A program made the translations under genes and the position numbers. A DNA stretch of 64,000 bases, taken from Ranitomeya imitator. Its lineage: Eukaryota. Location of the stretch: assembly GCF_032444005.1 (NCBI RefSeq), contig NC_091290.1:139252001-139316000 (forward strand). The letters are read 5' to 3'. How positions within the stretch are numbered: position 1 is the first letter of the stretch; each line of letters starts with the position of its first letter. The notes below the pieces were generated by a model. The model saw only the letters and a list, made by a program, of their open reading frames with translations. It did not search any database and was not told the origin of the DNA. Shown here in pieces: positions 59,588 to 64,000 of this stretch.

Positions 59588-59725
59588 CTTTCATACTGTG
59601 AGTCTCCTGACATTCTTAGCTTTTGCTATGCCACTGGATTCTGCTATAATGCTCTACTTTAATACATTGCTGGGCTCTGTTACATTGCCACAGTGACTCT
59701 CCATATCTACTCAAGTCTGCTAGAT

Positions 59726-59887
59726 CAGGGGTCCCCAACTCCAGTCCTCAAGGCCCACCAACATGTCATGTTTTCAGGATTTCCTTAGTCTTGCCCAGGT
59801 AATAATTGCATCACCTGTGCAATGCAAAGGAAATCCTGAAAACATGACATGTTGGTGGGCCTTGAGGACTGGAGTTGGGGACCCCTG
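59726..59887. mobile_element. 162-bp hAT MITE
   Basis: 61-bp perfect TIRs starting CAGGGGTCCCCAACTCC; 8-bp TSD TGCTAGAT / TGCTACAT. Confidence 0.92.
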
Positions 59888-60119
59888 TGCTACATCACTG
59901 ATCAGTGCTTGATCTTTACTGAGTCTCTTAATCCCCTCAGTTCAGCCACATCACTGAATCTTCTCTGCTGTGCCATTAATTTTACTCCGCTGCAATAAGA
60001 TGTGTATTTAAGGTACATTTAAATGTGTGGATGTTGGGAGTGAATTAGATATTCCTGGATAGTGCACCCACAGACATGGTACACCACAAGACAAGTATTT
60101 GTATTATAGAGGAGGTACG

Positions 60120-61085
60120 ATTTGGATGGTTGGTAGAATGGAGAGGAATGGATATGGTGGTAGGTGGAGTTGAGCGAGGGCAGCACTGTGGAGAGGAAGG
60201 TAGTGTAAATAGAGATGAAGAGGAAAGGTAGGGTAGCAAAGAACTGTGGAAAGGATGAATAAGGTGGTAGTAAAAGAAGAGGAGGAGATGTAGAGTGGTG
60301 CAGCACTATGGAGAAGATGGATATGGTGATAGAGGCGAAGAAGAGATGTAGGGTGGTGCATCACTGTGCAGAGGACGGGTAGTGTGGTAGACAGAAATGA
60401 GAAGGAGATGTAGGGCAGTGCAGCACTGTGGAAAGGACGGGTAGTGTGGTAGATAGAGATGAGAAGATGTAGGGTGATGCAGCACTGTGGAGAGGACGAG
60501 TAGTCTGGTGGACAGAGATGAGAAGATGTAGGGCGGTGCAGCACTGTGGAAAGGACGGGTACTGTGGTAGACAGAGAAGGAGATGTAGGGCAGTGCAGCA
60601 CTGTGGAGAGGATGGGTAGTGTGGTAGACAGAGAAGGAGATGTAGGGCAGTGCAGCACTGTGGAGATGATGTGTAGTGTGGTAGACAGAGAAGGAGATGT
60701 AGGGCAGTGCAGCACTGTGGAGAGGATAAGTAGTGTGGTAGACAGAGAAGGAGATGTTGGGCAGTGCAGCACTCTGGAGAGGATGGGCAAGATGGTAGAC
60801 AGAGAAGGAGATGTAGGGCGGTGCAGCACTGTGGAGAGGATAAGTAGTGTGGTAGACAGAGAAGGAGATGTAGGGCAGTGCAGCACTGTGGAGAGGATAA
60901 TTAGTGTGGTAGACAGAGAAGGAGATGTAGGGCAGTGCAGCACTGTGGAGAGGATGGGTAGTGTGGTAGACAGAGAAGGAGATGTAGGGCAGTGCAGCAC
61001 TCTGGAGAGGATGGGCAGGATGGTAGACAGAGAAGGAGATGTAGGGCAGTGCAGCACTGTGGAGAGGATGGGCAGGGTGGTAGAC
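60120..61085. repeat. 57-bp minisatellite, degenerate toward the left end
   Basis: GTAGTGTGGTAGACAGAGAAGGAGATGTAGGGCAGTGCAGCACTGTGGAGAGGATGG; gives 19-aa periodic ORFs. Confidence 0.92.
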
Positions 61086-64000
61086 AAATATGAGCCAGCT
61101 TGCTTACTTGCTATCAGGTTGGATTGTAACATTGAGATTGGATATCAGATCTGAAGACCGAATACTAGTGAGGTACCGTAATCAAAATGAGAATTAATCT
61201 GAGCATAAATAAGACTTTTGCCATTTCCACAGTAAAATAAAAAGATGGATTTAGAAGAATCCAATATGTTCTTGGCTTTAACACTTGCTAAACAAGCAGA
61301 TCCTTTGGACCATATAATGAACAATTGTAAAGCTGCGTAAGTTGATATTGGGGTCTCATTAGACGTTTTAACCAAACTGTCTACTTTAAATGTGGATCAT
61401 GCAATGTGCTGAATATTGGTTTATATAAAAAACACAGCAAAGAAGACATTTTACCATTGTGCACTGCAGCAGATCAAGGGATATAAAGTAAAATCACTCA
61501 TGTGAAAAAAATTCTATAAAAACACAAAGGTGACAAATTCTCCGTTGCTTTGGCTCCTGGATTGCTGAACAATTATTTGAGCAGCCTGCTAATAGCTCTG
61601 CATTGCAGTGACCTCTCCAAGATCAGCGGCGCCAGGTGAATAAATCGTCCAACTTTAAAGTGACTGCGTGAGCAGCGTTTTATACTTTCTTAACTTGTTA
61701 AATGACTAACGGACAATTAAATTGAGAGGTGAATCACATATTGCAGCATTAATTGCAATCAGCACAGTCTGAAGTGACAAGTGGGAAGCGTGCCCTTACA
61801 GGTGCACATTAGGTATGCCAGGTGTGCCCTGGGGCACTGTAATACCACACATCTGTGATATGGCACTTAAATAAAAAACAATTACCTCTGGTTCTTCTGT
61901 GTCTATTCCCATTCACTGTGGCAACAAGTATATATGTTCATACCTTTATGGAGAATTCACACCTGGGGAATTTGCTGCAAAAAAGTTCTTCAACTGTCCC
62001 ACACAAATCTAGGTGTTTCCCACCATATCAACTCCAAATTTTGGGACCCAGCACTAACCTGACTCTCTATAGCAGGGAAATATAGAATATATTATATATA
62101 GAAATATGCCCGAGCTGTCTTTGGCCTCATGTATAGTTCCATAATGGCTTCATGGCATAATGTTTGCCGGTGTGGAAAGAGGTGGGACAGCTAATGAAGG
62201 TCCTGTCAAAAGCTCCCAAACTCCAACGGTGGTGGAAAATGAAATGTCGGGGATTTGGTGTGACCATGAAATAGGGCAAGGTTGACCGGTACACCTCCCA
62301 GAAGCCATGCCAGTTGAAGTTGCTAAGTATGGGTATGATAAATACTAAAATGATCATACCGACAAACTAGAATTGGGAGAATCAATTCTAAATCAATTAA
62401 ATTTTATGGGATTCAATTTCAATGAATCTAGAAATATGGTGATGATCCTAAGGTTTGGGAAGTGGTGAAAAAAAACCCAATAAACTGTTATACTCACCTT
62501 TCTTTGGGTCTTCTCATCCCCGACCAAGTACCTCCTCTCCCAGTCCACTGTTCGCTCCCTTAAAAGTTTGTTCTCATTCTGAGGCTTCCAAGATCGACAT
62601 TGACTAAGCCTTACACCCTTATGTGGGGCACGTCAATGGAGTACGTAACGCCCCAACATCCGATTGCTACTCTTTGGCCTTATTCTCTTTTCGAGCCTTT
62701 TCTTACAATGTTGCTCTCACCTGGTTTCAAGATCACTCCTTAAGCCTTCTTCAGGTTCTGGGTTTTCTGGCATTGCTGTATGGCATGACGTAGTCACACT
62801 GGGCACGATGCACGTCATTAACACCATGGCATCAAGTTGGTAGTAGTGGAAGACCTGAAATGAGAATAAGGCTATAGACTAGTGACTGGCGGACAGGGTG
62901 CAGGCTCGGACTTGCCCACAGGAAGACAGGTGAATCCCCCGGTGGGCCTTCCCCATGCCCCTAAATGAGCATTAATTAGCATAGTTCACTTTTTGCAATA
63001 TGTACAAGAATCTCATCGTTCATTTATAATCTACCCAGTTTACTTGTGTATATAAGTATAGCTAAATTTGTGAAAAAGGGTCAGGAAAAATACAATGTAG
63101 TTGAACAGTGGGCACCTCAGAATGAATGTAACTGGTGGGTCCTTGATATCCCAGTCCGATACTGACTGGGTGGGTAGCAATGAATGACCTGGAAATAAAT
63201 AAGGCAGAAGCAGAACAATTGTGGGACAAAGCAGGAGGCAGCAATGGCCAGGAAAAACCCATAACGAAAATAAGGCCAATACGGAATTTTTGGAGAACTC
63301 TACAAGGAGAAGCAGAGGTAGCAGGAACCCAATATGAAAATGGGGCTGAAGAAAAATGATCTTGGCAGTGTTTGAATACTCAGAACGAGAGTAAGACATG
63401 TAGAATGCTTGTAGGACGGGACGGACAACAGCAACAGTGACGGAAAACGTGAAATGAGAAAGTAGAAGTGGAATAATTGCAGGAACAGTAATTAGGCCAA
63501 AGCAGGACACTCAAAGGATTGAGCAGAGAGTATCAGCGGTGGCAGATAACCCGTAACGATAGCAAGGTGGAAAAGGAACAATCGTAGGGCCAAAATCTGG
63601 AAAGAGAATAAGGCCGAGGTGGAATGATCATTGGACTGGGAAGGGTACAGTAATGGTGGTGGAAAATCCAGAAAAAGAATAAGGCCGACGTAGAACGATC
63701 AGAGAAAAGGTCAAAGAGGAGCAATTGGAGCACAGAGCGGGGAACGGTGGGATACTTATGGGGATGGCCGAGGAGATTTGAGTATATTTACTTATTGTTT
63801 TCATTTTAACTTCTTCGGACGAGATTCAATTTCCACCGAATTTATTGGATGTGAATAATATCTCTCCACCTGAAATTAGTGGATTTGTTACAGTCAAATT
63901 TCAGGAGATTTGATCTTTCTAGTGAATTTACGTGATTTTTAATTGCCATGATATGACGTAATGATTTTTACGTTTTGGCAGTGTACTGCATTCGTCACAG

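Noticed and set aside
60104-61154. 342-aa and 202-aa ORFs with 19-aa repeats
   Set aside because: By-product of the 57-bp minisatellite.

Overview
Repeat-dense vertebrate genomic DNA. The repeat families (T2/TTAA MITEs, CR1 and L2 tails, Tc1 families) look anuran; this is an inference. I recognise no host protein-coding exon, rRNA, tRNA or CRISPR array. Content from left to right: (1) Two nested Ty3/Gypsy chromoviruses at 1-10.7 kb. Element B has three LTRs and an open 1392-aa gag-pol and sits inside the 5' LTR of element A. Both show Tf1/sushi-type self-priming complementarity instead of a tRNA PBS. (2) Four decayed Tc1 transposons, three solo LTRs, hAT/Harbinger/T2 MITEs and several minisatellites. 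(3) Two ~5.5-kb non-coding piggyBac-like (TTAA) elements carrying telomere-like repeats and ~390-bp tandem arrays. (4) Three distinct hammerhead-ribozyme elements within ~10 kb: a Penelope GIY-YIG remnant with a dead hammerhead (43.5-44.2 kb), a 2-kb palindrome with two outward-facing hammerheads (47-49 kb), and a 384-bp tandem unit (52.7-53.6 kb). The 384-bp unit is the best candidate novel system. It has an intact extended type I hammerhead preceded by snRNA-type promoter motifs, a 13-bp TSD, and an inversion breakpoint at the ribozyme cleavage site, so it resembles a newt satellite-2/retrozyme-like element. Coordinates were counted by hand and fuzzy repeat boundaries are approximate.
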